A DNA stretch of 64,000 bases from contig JASCQW010000150.1 in assembly GCA_030264375.1 (NCBI GenBank), forward strand, positions 24,370,340 through 24,434,339, read 5' to 3'. A program made the position numbers and the translations under genes. This document shows positions 11,041 through 24,322 of this stretch, in pieces. The first letter of the stretch is position 1; each line of letters starts with the position of its first letter. Source of the stretch: Carcharhinus longimanus (taxonomy: Eukaryota). The notes under the pieces are model-generated. The model had not been told where the DNA came from, searched no databases, and saw nothing but the letters and a program-made list of their open reading frames with translations.

Positions 11041-11397
11041 GATTTGGAGACCTCCAATGTGAACAATTTTATAAGTTTATCTGGCATTGCTGCCAGTCAC
11101 ATATGGCCAGAACTTGAGGAATCAAAAGTGCATCAACTTTAAAATACAAAGTAAGGCGATTATATGGAGCTAACTGACTAGGATGGCAGAGCATCAGCAC
11201 TCAAAAAACAATGCCTCAAATAGAAGGACTACTAGATCAATAGAAAATGGTCTCTGTACAACTCTATAATCAGGGATTTTCATACCAAATTACCATTAGT
11301 CTAAGTGCACAGGTTGATCGGTGAGAATGTTTAAAAATATTGAATTCAATTAAACGCATTTTAAAAACCAAACAACAGATATTCAGCAATGTAGTGT

Positions 11398-11403
11398 TTT
11401 ATT
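11398..11403 (-). promoter_or_regulatory. Distal polyadenylation signal AATAAA with downstream GU-rich element
   Basis: Minus strand reads AATAAAacactacattgctgaatatcTGTTGTTTGGTTTTT. Confidence 0.6.
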
Positions 11404-14400
11404 ATAATGTTGACATTTCATAAGAAAAACAGCAGCAAGAACAAAAGAGCTATCAAACGAATTTCATCCAACTTCACAAACCTAATTGTTTAAAATCAGG
11501 ATTAAAAATATGCATGAGCAACACACACGCTCCATTTTAATACAAGTCTATGTTCAGGTGCCCAGTCATTTGCACAATGTAAATGAGCCAGAGTTGAAAA
11601 AAAATAAATGCTTTGAGCTTTCAGAACAGACAGCAGCTGAGCACTGGAGTAGAACGTGATTCTGAATGTTAATAAAGACAAAGGTGCCAAAAGAACATTC
11701 CCTGTGCAGCAAGGGTTAAACACATTACCTGGAAATTCATTAACTGAAATGAAGACCTATCACTGGGTCATAGGATGAAGCAGTTTCACATTGCTCACTA
11801 CTTATAACAGGGGAATGTGATTTAACCCCTTGTGCACTACTTGCCAGCTGCCAGGCACTAATACACTAATCAATATCAAATAGTCTTTGATTTAGAAATA
11901 CACCATGGGGGGAAATATTTCCATGTCTTTTTATGTACAATCATTAACAAATATATACAAAAAACAGCATATGTACAGAAAAGAAGTTAGTTGAGCCACT
12001 GGCCTGAGTTTTAATAACAATACTATCAGGAACAAAGGGACAATAACACGTCACAGATACCTTATCAGGAAACTTGCTGTCAAACAAGCTTCATGATATT
12101 TGTGCAGGGCTGTATTCCTGCAAATTTAAAACTAACTATATTCTATAATTTAAATTTACAAATGCTATATATTTTTGTTGCAGTGCTTGAACAATGCCTG
12201 AATAAATCAGAGGCTGTGGCATTTCTTTGTGGCATTACGTGGTAGCAATCTTATCCTTTCCATTGAAGCAAAACACTGGTACCATACACTGCCACACTGT
12301 AAAACAAGAGCTCTTCATTTCATTCCTTATAAATTGTGAATGCATCCAATCATTCTGGATAAGGTGCAAAACTGTTTAGAAGTTGGCCACATTGTGCCTG
12401 CTGTTGCATTTGGCATCTGCTGCTATTGTATGTTGGCTAAATGCTATCACAATGGGTGAGAGTAATTGCATTATAACTACAGCATCTCCAAATACAATCT
12501 TTATAGATAATTCAACTTTAATTTTGCTGAGACATTTGATTAGAAGTGTCAGGAGCACTGGAATGCTTAAGTTTTGTGCTAATAATGTCCAATTTAGAAT
12601 ATTTAACCAAAAAAAACCAAATGGTCCATGAAAGCCATGGTGTTTTGAAGTCTGTAGCATTACCACAAAGGTTGCTTTATGCCAAATTTCTCACCTCTTA
12701 AAAGTGCTTAATAATGTGGGAAATGCAGCTTCACAGCAGCTTTCCAGTAACTCATCCAGATTAACATGCCATATTCTCAAATCAGAATGTAAATGCAAGT
12801 TATTTGACCACTGGAGGCATAGCATCAAGCTAGATGCTATGCTCACCAAACGTTCACACTATCCAGAAGTCACTGAGTAGAAATCAAGAAATATGGATAC
12901 TAGTCAATGTTCCCCTCCTGGTTCAGGAGTATTGCATCAATTATTGTGCCCTTGCACCATTCAACACACACCTGGGTTTGAAACTAAGACTCTCTCATTT
13001 TTACAGTCTAACTGTGCATTGCTTGTCCCATTTAGACCACTGGAGGGAGTCTCATTGCACATTTCAGACCAATGTTAAAAACAGTACATTTTCGGGAGAA
13101 GAGTTTATCTAGAAATGCAGAGCAATAAACACTGACAAAATACTAACTTTATTGCATAATATTTCAGTCTATGGATTTGTAATACATGAGGACTGAAGGG
13201 TCGTATTGCTCAAATCTCTTGGGACAGAACTGACAAACCAGTTCAGGAACAGAGAGATATCAGGAGATCTATAGGATAATCAGATGAGGTGCAAGTTACT
13301 AGGGAAAGAGATTGAAGTTAACAGTACAAATAGTCCTTCTAAAGAGATTGTGTGTTCTGAAGAGAAGGTGCAGTTGATTTGTCAATTTGCTTGTTCAACC
13401 TAATAATCTTTTAGTATCTCCTATATTAAAAGTCAAACCAGATAAAGTATCGAACCTTGAAGTTGGATATGATTGATTATAGGGGATGCTACAAATATTT
13501 AAAAATCCATTTACTCTCTTTTAGCACTTCTTACATTTTTACAGGAATGGGATAATATTTTTCTGGAGGATGTTTCACTCTAAAGTTAAAAGGAGGGAGC
13601 AACAGGACTTGCAGCACAAAACCCCTCAAACAAGAGGCATCAGTGTAAGGTAATGCTCAATGTTAAGTGTTAAGATCATTCTCCAAGACTCTTCATATTA
13701 TTATTACACAAGGTTGAATCAGGAGATGGGATACTTTGGGAGGAAGAGGAGTGGGGAAATGGGCCAAGTTAAGGACAGAAAAATAAGTTTCAAATTTTGT
13801 TTTAACTCAATGAGAACACAAAATTTGTGCTTTAAAGTTACAAATTAGGCTTTGCTTCCTAGGTTCTGCTTTGTGCACCTTCCTGAATGGGTTTTTCTAC
13901 AAAAATGATTGCAAAATATCACGTCTCCTGGATTACTCAGATTCAGAACAATTTCAGGTATCAAAAATTCCTAAACTATTTTTCTCCCAACAAATATTTA
14001 ATAAAATCACTGCTCAAGATCCATAAAAACATATGAAGCTTGACTTGATCACATACTAAAAAAAGTACTTTGCTGTACACCTGGCATACTCTATCCAGCC
14101 AACATTCCAACTAGAAAAATCTCAAAACATAAAACAGTTAACAAAACAGTTTTGCCATTGGGTTTTATTTAGTGTATTGGTAGAAATGTGCTATAGAAAA
14201 AATTGTACTGAAAGCCAAAACATTTTGAAGCTCCCACAAACCAGTACCTATACATTTACCCTAATTACACAGTTCGAAATACTCTTCAAATAGTTAGATT
14301 TTGGGAAGCCTGGATCTAATTGCATTGTTGGGTGCTCATCACATTTCAAGCACAAACAATTTCACACCAATGAAATTCTAGTGGCAATTTTGATGCGCCT

Positions 14401-17400
14401 AAAACTAACTAGATTAAATAATAGGCTGAATAAATAACACATTTTTACAAAGTCTTAGAATAACAAGCAAGCTGACTGATACATAAATGAGGAACCAATT
14501 AGCAGAGTTAAATCTATGTCTACTCATTTGCTGCAAACCACCTAGTGACAATGGATTTTCTGTGAAGTCAGTCTGAGAATGTGTTCTCAAAAAGTCACTA
14601 GTTAGGTTAATAGCAAAGGTTAAATTTTAGGGAATACCTCTGGCGCAGGGTAAAACTGAATAAGCTTAGCTGTGTTATGATATCAGTTCCTGGTATGCTG
14701 ATATTGTGCAAATACCATAGTGGCAACACCAAAGCAAACTTTTCCCAATCGGAGGTGACTAGTGGGAGATTGAAAGTGGCCATTGGCAGGTTCTTGTGTT
14801 ATACAGGCATGTCTGAAGCCTGTGGCAAGAACATACCAGAAATTGAATGAAAGGCAGATAAAAAGGGACAATGTAGACAGATGTTTAATTTTTTAAAAAA
14901 TATCTATTCCTGGGGTTCTGTTTGATTCTTATTTGAAAATCTTGGAAAATACAAAAAAAAACACTTCTGCTGTCCTAAAAACTTTCAATCAGGAAGTACA
15001 TTTTAAATAAAAACATAAATGCCTGTATTTCTAAACTGCAACTTAAAGAACTAAATTAACTAGGCACTGTCATGTAATATTTATATTTAAGTTACCCAGC
15101 TGACCTGCTTATAGTAACACTGATTTTATAAAGCTAAAAGTATCTGAAAAATATCTTCACTTTTTTTTAAAAAACAGAAATCACAGACTACCATTTAAAT
15201 TTGAACAAAAACAATGACATGCAAATAGTGTGCAAAGTCTAATATAGACACCCAAGGAGATCAATTCATTGTCTAAACTGATAAACTGTACAAAGCAACT
15301 CCTTATATGGACATGTATTGAAATATTACCAATGAGGAAACATGGGCAATTGGAAATGTGAAGTTTTTACTTATTCCTCAATGAATATTCCTCCCTCCAC
15401 CATTCTCTCTCAAGTACTGAACAGCCATTAATTCACAATATTTCTCATCCTTTTAAATCAGCAAAAACTTGGTGCCGACTTTACTAAATCCCACACGTTT
15501 ATAGCCACTGGCATGAGATACTATAAATGATCATTCTGAAATAGCTTGAGTATCAAGTAATTTGAAAAGATAAAAAAAGGTTGGAAATTCATAGCAGCTC
15601 TTCAGCACATAAAATGAAGGATGGATTGAATGATACATCGGGTAGAACCAATGAGGTCTCCACTGAAATTTTCACATGCTTCTTTTAATTATTGACTTGC
15701 ACTGTGCATTTCTGACATTTTAAAATATTGGCCTGTGATTTTGATTTTAAAATGGAGCAATTCCAAAAGATAGAAGGATTTGTATTTGTCTAACATTTCT
15801 TCTCATCTCAAATATCCCAAAGCCCATGATGTACAACGAATTATCTTTAAGTGCAGCGACTGCTTTGTGAGTAAATGTTAAGCCATTTAATACACAGCAA
15901 GTTGCCATGAATAGCAGTCAGATTAAGTTTATTTTACAGAGGGAAAGGAAATGTATGTTTGGACTAGATAGGGTGCTCTGCAGAAATGAAAACAAAACCA
16001 GACATCTAATACTTCCGCTATTTTGTCCTCACATTTCATGCCAAGATATNNNNNNNNNNNNNNNNNNNNNNNNNNNNNNNNNNNNNNNNNNNNNNNNNNN
16101 NNNNNNNNNNNNNNNNNNNNNNNNNNNNNNNNNNNNNNNNNNNNNNNNNATATGAAAACCATTTAAAATGACTGCTAACAATTAAACTATTAGACATTGG
16201 CTGTTTTCTATTCCTGATTACTTTAAGTATGCAATGAAATTTATTGAGATTAAATAAAATTTAATTTGCAAATTAAATTTGAATCAAATGTTAAATCCGA
16301 TACTCAGCATCTGCTAACACAGCTATTGTTACTGGTCTCTCGCTACATGAGTGGACCGTTATTACTGCTGCCCTGCAACCTCCAAGGATACAAAAACAAA
16401 CTTTACACAGGAAAAGTGGCAGCTATTCTAACTTCTACATCTGCGAAACGTTCCCAACCAATAGGCACAAATTTAAACAATTGGAAAGTTCATTTTAGCT
16501 ATGTCACGATTAAATAAAATGTTTGTTGTTTAGGGCTGTTACAGTAATCAATATTTTAATAGGAATCAGAAAATGCTGTGAGTATCAATATCAAGGCTCA
16601 GGATACGCAAACACTAATAAATAACCAAAACCAATATATAGATGGCTTGTTATTCTAGTTATGGGGCAAAGATCACCTGCATTTCTATTCAACAGTTATC
16701 AATATATTAAAGAAAGAGAATCTGAAATAACAAAACATTGGAAATGTGCAGCAACTCCATTTGAATCTGAAAAGACAGGTTCGCCCTGAGCAGCAGCATA
16801 TTCAGTGTTGTATTTTATGCGCAAATATTAATGATAGCGCTATTGACCCTGTGCAAAGGAAAACATCACGAGATTGTGTGATTACAGTTACGTTTTCAAC
16901 ATGGTCTGAAAACTTCACATTAGTGAAATTGACGTAGGAGAGTTGATTGCACATATTACAGAAGCTGAGCTATACAATTTACATCATTTTTAACTCAAGT
17001 CGTAGGCACAGGATACCATCACTTTTCATTTACCTGTCAGCAAGATGTTAAATAAGGTCACCTTTGTTCACTGGAGACATTACTCTCATCCTACCATTCC
17101 AAATCTTCTCTCCTCCACCCATCGCCCACCCCCCTACAAAGCATCAAATAGGATATCATTTTACGAAATAAATTGACCTACCTGTTCTGCACTTCAGTGA
17201 CTATTAGTCACATATGAATCTAACACTGCATGACAAGCTTTCAAACTTCAGAGGACTGGGTAGTTGAGCCTAGTTGACAAACAACTTTGCAGTCTATACA
17301 CTTGAGAAAAGAATCCTATCTGACCATAAATTTTGCTAACCAAACTGTACCAAGACCAACTGTAGCTGTCTAATTGCTGTGATCAAACCGATGAGTTTCA

Positions 17401-19944
17401 TGTGGTTCAAAAAGAAAACTACCTTGATAAGTGTTAATATTTCTGAACCCTCTACTTTTCAAAATAAGAACACACCTGTCCAGCCATTAAGCCATTTAAA
17501 AATGAAAACATTTAAAATTCAACACCTCATAACTTGTTTTTTTTTTATGCTTTCAAATGAGGCATGACGATCCTTTCAAACAACAGTCTGGGGTCAAAGC
17601 ACTTTTACAGATTGAGAACCACACCTCACTCCATTATCCATCACAGCCAGATACACTCACGCCACTGCATCAATTTAGTAAATATGTGGAGCGAGATCTG
17701 AACGGCACTGAAACAAAGTCACAATGTTCATTGCAATTCAATATTCGCTGCAAAGGCCAGCCAGAACATGACTGGCAGGGAAAAGAAGGTCGATGAGTGC
17801 AGCTGCAATTAAAGCATAATTTCCATTTTAATTAGATTAAGTACAAAATGTTGCATGATTGAAGGGTACAGCTACTACTTTATCAGAGAAATGAACTTGC
17901 CAGAAAGAGGTCACAGATCAAGTTCCCCTGCAGAAGGACATTCACACTATTTGCTCCATCCATCAGACTGTGCGCACGCACGTGTATGTGCGTGTAATAT
18001 NNNNNNNNNNTAATATGCAGGTGGGGGGAAAACAATTCTATTGCTTAATTGCAGCCATCAATGGTTCAACCATGGATTGGCATAGATTTGGAGATGGAAG
18101 CGGAAATGGATCGTCTTAACCTGGAGGAAGCTTATATTTGAGACGACCAGTATGGGGTTAAGGAACATGGAAATAGTTGTAAAAATCAATTATGTTCAGT
18201 AGTTTTTAAAAATTGATTACTTCAAGAGGTACACAGATGGAGGAAGAAATGAGAAAAAGACTGCTCCAATCTACTAATTATTTCAGTAAAAGATTGAAGG
18301 ACATCATTCATATGCATGTATCAAAATGGAAATCTCTCCTGCCACCCCTTAGGTATACATTATGGAGGCCCAATTTCTACTGCCTTAAGAGCTTCTGTAA
18401 TGAATCAAAGAATTTTAAGTGTGGATAATTCCACATAAACCAGGTAGCTCACATTACACTGGATTTGTTTATATCCTGGTTCACAGCACATGGTTTAAAT
18501 CAGAGCCCGGGCACCGACACATATTCATTTCACTTCTTCTGAAATCAAACACTCAACAGGTCTGATTACTGAACATCTGAAAAATTTAACAATATATTTA
18601 AATGTTGCATTAACACCAGTGAACAGACGGGCTGCATCAGCACATGTTCTTAAATCACTGCAAAAATACACTTTTCCCCCCTTCCCAGCATCTGAACAAA
18701 GTGAAAGGGCGTGAGTACTGGGTCCACACATTACACCTAAGCCTCCACAATAAAGATTCTCCAAAATTCAGGGCATTAATANNNNNNNNNNGGAGAAAGC
18801 AACGATTTAGCACTCGAGATCCTCATATTTATAAGAGGAAGTTTATAGCAAAGTAAACCATATTTAAATTTTAAATCAATTTAGGGCACCAGAAGTTAAG
18901 TAACAAAAATTTAGTCAGGAAGAAACACATAGGGAAAAGAAACTTTCAAGATTTAAGTAATTAGTTTTAAAAATGTTTAAGGACTCTATGTGCAAACTAA
19001 AATTCAATCATTCTAATATTGCTCAGGGTGTGTTACGAATTATCAAACGCACACTCGCTAAGAGCTGATCATACCCGACTCACATACTACAACGATAACA
19101 ATGCTATTTTAATTGTTAATCCTTCGGTGAAATCAACGCTGTGAATCAGAGAGCAACTTTGGCAACTATGTACCATAATCAGCATTAAAATGAATGGAAG
19201 TAAATGCAACAGAATCAGCAGTACAGATTTTAAAAAATTGGGTGATTTGTAAGTAGCTGTTAAGTAGCAGCAGTTCAGGCAGCTGTTAAAAATCAAGAGG
19301 CTTTGTTGTTTTTGTTTAGAAAAAAAGACATGCATATATAATGATTTTCATGACCTCAGGATGTCCTGAAGCACTTTACAGTCAATCAAGCAGTTTTGAA
19401 GTCTAAACACTATTGTAGTGTTAGGCATCAGGATCTCCTATTTCCTCATTATACTCATACCTCAACTCTATTCAAACATATATAACAATATACACTCTAA
19501 GCAACTATCAGAAGGATTTCCAAATGCAAGGTGAGCAACAGTTAGTATTGGATACAGTGAGAACCATACAGCTGACATAGTGATGAGGAATACAGTCAGG
19601 TTGGCTTTGTAAACATTTTGCAAGTTTACAGCATGCAATTCACTCTAAATTAATTTAAGGTATCAGAAATTCAAGCAAAGTTGGGTTCTCCTCTGTACTG
19701 TTCTAACAATATACCTCTACCAATAACTTCGCATCACCACCCCCCTCCCAATAAATTATTAGTGGGGCTTCCCATTGGCCATACTTGTGGATGGAACTCC
19801 TGATCTAACGGAACACTGAAGTATGATAGCCGGTACATAAAAAGTCCAAGAGATCCAATTAACTTTCTAAAGAAAAATAATGAAGCAACGCAGCATTTAC
19901 ATAGCCTCTTTCTATATATTCTGAAATGTCTTAACCTATGAAAG

Positions 19945-20345
19945 TAGATGTGCTGGAATTGTTCTCCTTAAAGCAGAGGAGATCCAAGAGTTCAAATTAT
20001 GAGAAGTTTTATTAAGAGTAAAACTTATTCTTGAGGAAGGACCGATTTCCATTCAGAGGTTGCCCAGTAACCAGAGAACACAGATTTAGGATAATTAGCA
20101 AAAGAAACAAGAGCAAGATGTTTTGTATAAAGAGTTATGATGACTGGGAATGTATTGCTGGAATGGGGATTGAAAGAAAATTCAATGACACTTCCCAAAA
20201 GGGAATTATATACATGTCTGAAAAGGAAATATTTTCAGGGATATGAGGAAAGAAGAGAGTTGAATTAATTAGACAATTCTTTCAAAGAAATGGCACAAGC
20301 ATGACAGATCAAGTGGCCCATCTCTGTGCTATCAGATTCTGAGAT
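19945..20345 (+). mobile_element. CR1 3' fragment
   Basis: GCTGGAATTGTTCTCCTTAAAGCAGAG...TREHRFRII (TRGH motif). Confidence 0.65.
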
Positions 20346-21661
20346 TCAGATCCTCAGGGTGTACCATAGCACTTCTCAAATCATTTGCACTCATCAGGTT
20401 AAGGTTGCAAGAATACCAATTGTAAAGGGAACAATTTATACTGCACAAGAAGAAAGTGCTCATTGGTTGGCAAGTGGACACTGGTAGGTAGGCATCGCCA
20501 TGGGGAATATATCAGGTAAAAGTTCCCTGCCAAGCTTTTGTTTAAATTCAAACCAGGCAGATTGGCTGGATTGTGAGTATACAGATGTAATGAGGAGGAT
20601 CATTGAAGGACATCATTTCTGGTAATGGTTTATTCTATTTCATGCCTTGTGAGCAAATTAATTTATGTTTTAGTCAGCCTAAAATTGTATAGATATGCTG
20701 TCCAAACCTTCCATCTTTCAACTGGCAGACTTTTACCTAAATTCAAAGCAAGTTAACTCTGTGGGAATGAACCAGGGAATGGCTGTCCTCCAAGCTTTGC
20801 TTAGTTGAAAAAGGTGCAATGCATGAACATACTACTTCTGTCTGTAAAGGCAAGGCCCGTGTTTGAATTATACATAGCTTCTAATACACACAAGTAAGCC
20901 ACACTGCAAGCCTGACNNNNNNNNAATCATCAGTTATCAGTATAACTCTTAGCCCAATCAGGATTATTTCGCAAGTCCAATTACAGAATTGGATCGAATA
21001 ACGGGCACTATGTTTTGAGTTTTATAAGCATGGGCTGATTGTTGTGAACAGCCGAAGGGACAAGCTGTTTGATACAATCTGTCAGTCGGTTCATTCCACA
21101 GGGCTTGAATTTAAACAAAAGCCTGCCACTTAAAAAATGGAAAGTTTGGGCAGCATGTCTATACAATTTCAGGCTGACTAAAACATAAATTAACTTGCTC
21201 ACGAGGCACGAAAGAGAGTACACCATGACCACAGATAGTGCCCTTCAATGGCCCTTCTCATTACATCTGTATAGTTCCAGTTACTAGCCTCAGCTGCTTA
21301 GAAGTCCACTGAATAAGGGATGTTAAAATACACAAGTCTTTGAACATGGAGTCAGAACTATCTACGGGTACCAAGAAATGTTAGGACTATAGAGAACAAA
21401 CTGTTATATATTTGGCATCCGACTAACTGGAATTCTCTACCACCACATTAGGTAATGTTCCCTTAATACAAATCATCACCAGCTTCACCACCAGACACAA
21501 TTACGTTATCTGGAACCTGCACCTGTATACTGTATTGTTTTATACTTTTGTTAATGTATTGTTGAACATTAGAAGTAAAAAGAATACTGTTTTTTACTTC
21601 CTGAGTACTTGCATATTTGTTTATGCTACTACAAATATGGCGCTGTATTCCATTGGTAAAT

Positions 21662-21985
21662 GGACGGAATGGTGGCACAGTGGAACAGAACTGCAGCCTC
21701 ACAGCGCCAGTAATCTGGGTTCAATTCTGGCCTTGGGTGACTGTTGGAATCTGCATGGGCTTTCTCCAGGTGCTCCAACTGGTTTCCTCCCACAGTCCAA
21801 AGATGTGCAGATTTGGTGGATTGGCCATACTAAATTCACCCTTAGTGTCCAAAAATGTGTAGGTTAGGAGGAATAACGTGGTAAATGTGTGGGTTTACGG
21901 GGAAAGAGCCTGGTGATGGGATACTCTGTCGAAGAATCGGTGCAGACTTGATGGGCCAAATGTCTGCACTGTAGGGATTCTATGA
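21662..21985 (+). mobile_element. HE1 SINE
   Basis: Head, core and CTGCACTGTAGGGATTCTATG tail. Confidence 0.88.
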
Positions 21986-22724
21986 ACTCCTTGGTAAACA
22001 TTTTTGATCAAGAGACATCACCCATTTCCTGTGCATGGCAGACAATAAGGATTTTACTCTATAAAGTTTAAATTCCTTATTTGGAATTTGTCCACTATTA
22101 AGGCAGAAAAACAGATAATTCCAAACCAAACTTCAAACAGAATGAACCAGTGAGTAAAAGATTTATGCAAAATTAGGACAAAATTGCCTGTGTATGAAGG
22201 GCCAAACTGCCAGGGCTAATGGGGCTGTATCCCTAAATTTATAGTTGGATGATGAAATTGGAGTGGAGGGTGAAAACTGTGAAGTTCTGTTGTGATGGAT
22301 GAGCTGGGAAGAGCAACTCACTTTGCTTAACTCTACCCATTTTGTAATCTGGATTAGGAATGTAAAATCCTTGACACAATTGCAAGAATTGAAAAGGTAC
22401 ATGCAAGGTTTGCTGAGAAGATTGATCTGGCAGCTCATTTCATAGCTACCTCAGTGCAATGTTTATAGTTGTTAGATAATTAATCATATATATTTTGGAA
22501 TTTATCATACAATACACATTAAATTTTTAGATTGCAACTTATAAATTTCCTGACATTACAAAATTCAAAACATTAAGCTATTCATATATAACCTGCAATT
22601 CTGTACTGCAGGTCTAGAAGAGTATTATTTGTTAGGAATACACATGCACTTCAGAAAAATGTATGTGTCACAGAAGCAAAAAAAAAGAGATGCTTGTCAA
22701 ATATTGATGTTGAGATACATTGTC

Positions 22725-22865
22725 AGGACAACAAAGGAAACTTTATTCTGCCTCTAACCCATGCTGCTTCTGACCCTAGTGTTTGATCAAGTAATGTAGA
22801 GGAAGCTTTACTTTGCATCTAGCGTGTTGTAGCATGCCTGATTCTAATCCTGGGTGTTTGATTTG
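22725..22865 (+). repeat. Two degenerate ~65-bp tandem units (GTAGAGGAAGCTTTACT...GTGTTTGAT)
   Basis: Repeated GGAA.CTTTA.T.TGC.TCTA...GTGTTTGAT; resembles a common shark tandem repeat. Confidence 0.55.
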
Positions 22866-23753
22866 GAAAAAAAAAGTTCCATCCCATAGAATATTTCTCA
22901 TCCTGATCAACAAACAAAATAAACACTAAAGTCATAAAAAGACATGCAGCTTTTATATATATGTACAGTTTCTGATTGATTGCCAAAAATCACAATACTG
23001 CTCTGCTTTCTACACCCCTCTCCCATGAAAAATAAATAAAATGGCTGAGAACTGCATATATTCAACATCATTCAGGAAAATGCACTCCTGCCATGTGAGG
23101 CATATTTAGTTTTGCATTGTGCTTCCAAGTTTATAGCTACCAGTGTTTCAGTATAACTCAGATTTGTACTTATATTCACAAAAAATTTAAGTTGACTAAC
23201 ACTTGTGCAAAAATAATCTCAGCACAAAATGAACAGTTTGATTGCTCACACATGATTTACACAACTGGAATCACATTGCCAAAAGCCGCACAGACTTGGA
23301 TAAACAAAAACATATACATTCACTGTGAGCTTGATCATGGCACTCTGCAATCGATTTGTGAGGACAAAATCTAATTGAACAGGCTTCGGCTGGACACAGA
23401 CTACTGAGCAGTGATTTGTCTCTGACAAGTATCGACCACATAGAATCACATGATATGGTTGTTGTGCAAGGAGAGTTGGGCAGAAAGTTTGTTAACACTA
23501 ACGAACAAGTTCACCTGCTGGCCCATCAGCCCCGCCCCCAAAGTGTCATAGATCCCATTCCCCCAACATGAACTCTGTTCCAGCTGTTTTCTTTGCCCAA
23601 GTTTCACATACTACATGTTGTAACACATAGGGCCCAGCCACGAGCAATGACGTCTTATTCGGATCCAATGGAGTGAGGCAACTTCTGACCAAAGTAAGTT
23701 GTTCTTCTGGGAGAACTTTCCTCTTCATTCTTCACAAGTGATCTGGGTAAGAT

Positions 23754-23756
23754 TTA
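23754..23756 (-). CDS. PIP5K1C: PIP5K1C last exon: TAA stop directly after the acceptor, followed by the 3' UTR
   Basis: ttttatttttcatcAG|TAA; the same stop-only final exon arrangement as mammalian PIP5K1C. Confidence 0.85.
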   Translation of the reverse strand, partial: 

Positions 23757-24213
23757 CTGATGAAAAATAAAACAATGATGTCAGCGTGTATCCTTTTGTG
23801 CTCTTGGATGTTGGCTCTACAGGTGCTTACATACTTCTATTTCCCCACTTTAGTAGTTATTTGGCACAATGATGCCAACAGGCCATGTAATTATGAATGA
23901 CCAATATAAATGAGCTGACTGTCATAAGCTAGATATTTGCACATGCTTTTCAACAGTGATCACTGAACAGCAAAAAAAAACAGGAAACCCTGACTGATCT
24001 TCCCCTTTCTCAGATAAAGGGTCAGCTGTAGCCTGTTTACCACAACCTATGTTGGGGTCAGCCAACTCAGCATGGGCAAAGGTTTGAATTTAGGGCTACC
24101 CTGATGTCATTATCTACTAAGGGAGGGGACTTGTACACCAATTTTGGTGCAGCTACGTGAAGCACTTGAAATCAATGCAGTAATTTAAGTGCAAATACCT
24201 TCATGACACATTA

Positions 24214-24322
24214 GCTGGAAATTTACTGGCACACCCACTCCGAGGCTCACAGAACAGCATTCTCCATTGGCCTCTGGCGGGGTGTTACAAGCCTCGGAAA
24301 GGTGAGGCGGTAAAATTCCGGC
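24214..24322. mobile_element. Short MITE-like element
   Basis: Imperfect terminal inverted repeats GCTGGAAATTTAC / GTAAAATTCCGGC. Confidence 0.55.

Larger units (their letters stand above)
11380..23753 (-). other. Putative extended PIP5K1C 3' UTR (up to about 12.4 kb)
   Basis: No coding exons found; AT-rich; Pumilio and miR-19 motifs on the minus strand; ends at a canonical poly(A) signal. Confidence 0.45.

Noticed and set aside
12376-13112. ORFs within the repeat-poor 11-20 kb region
   Set aside because: No homology recognised, no exon-like splice pairs, and UTR-like composition
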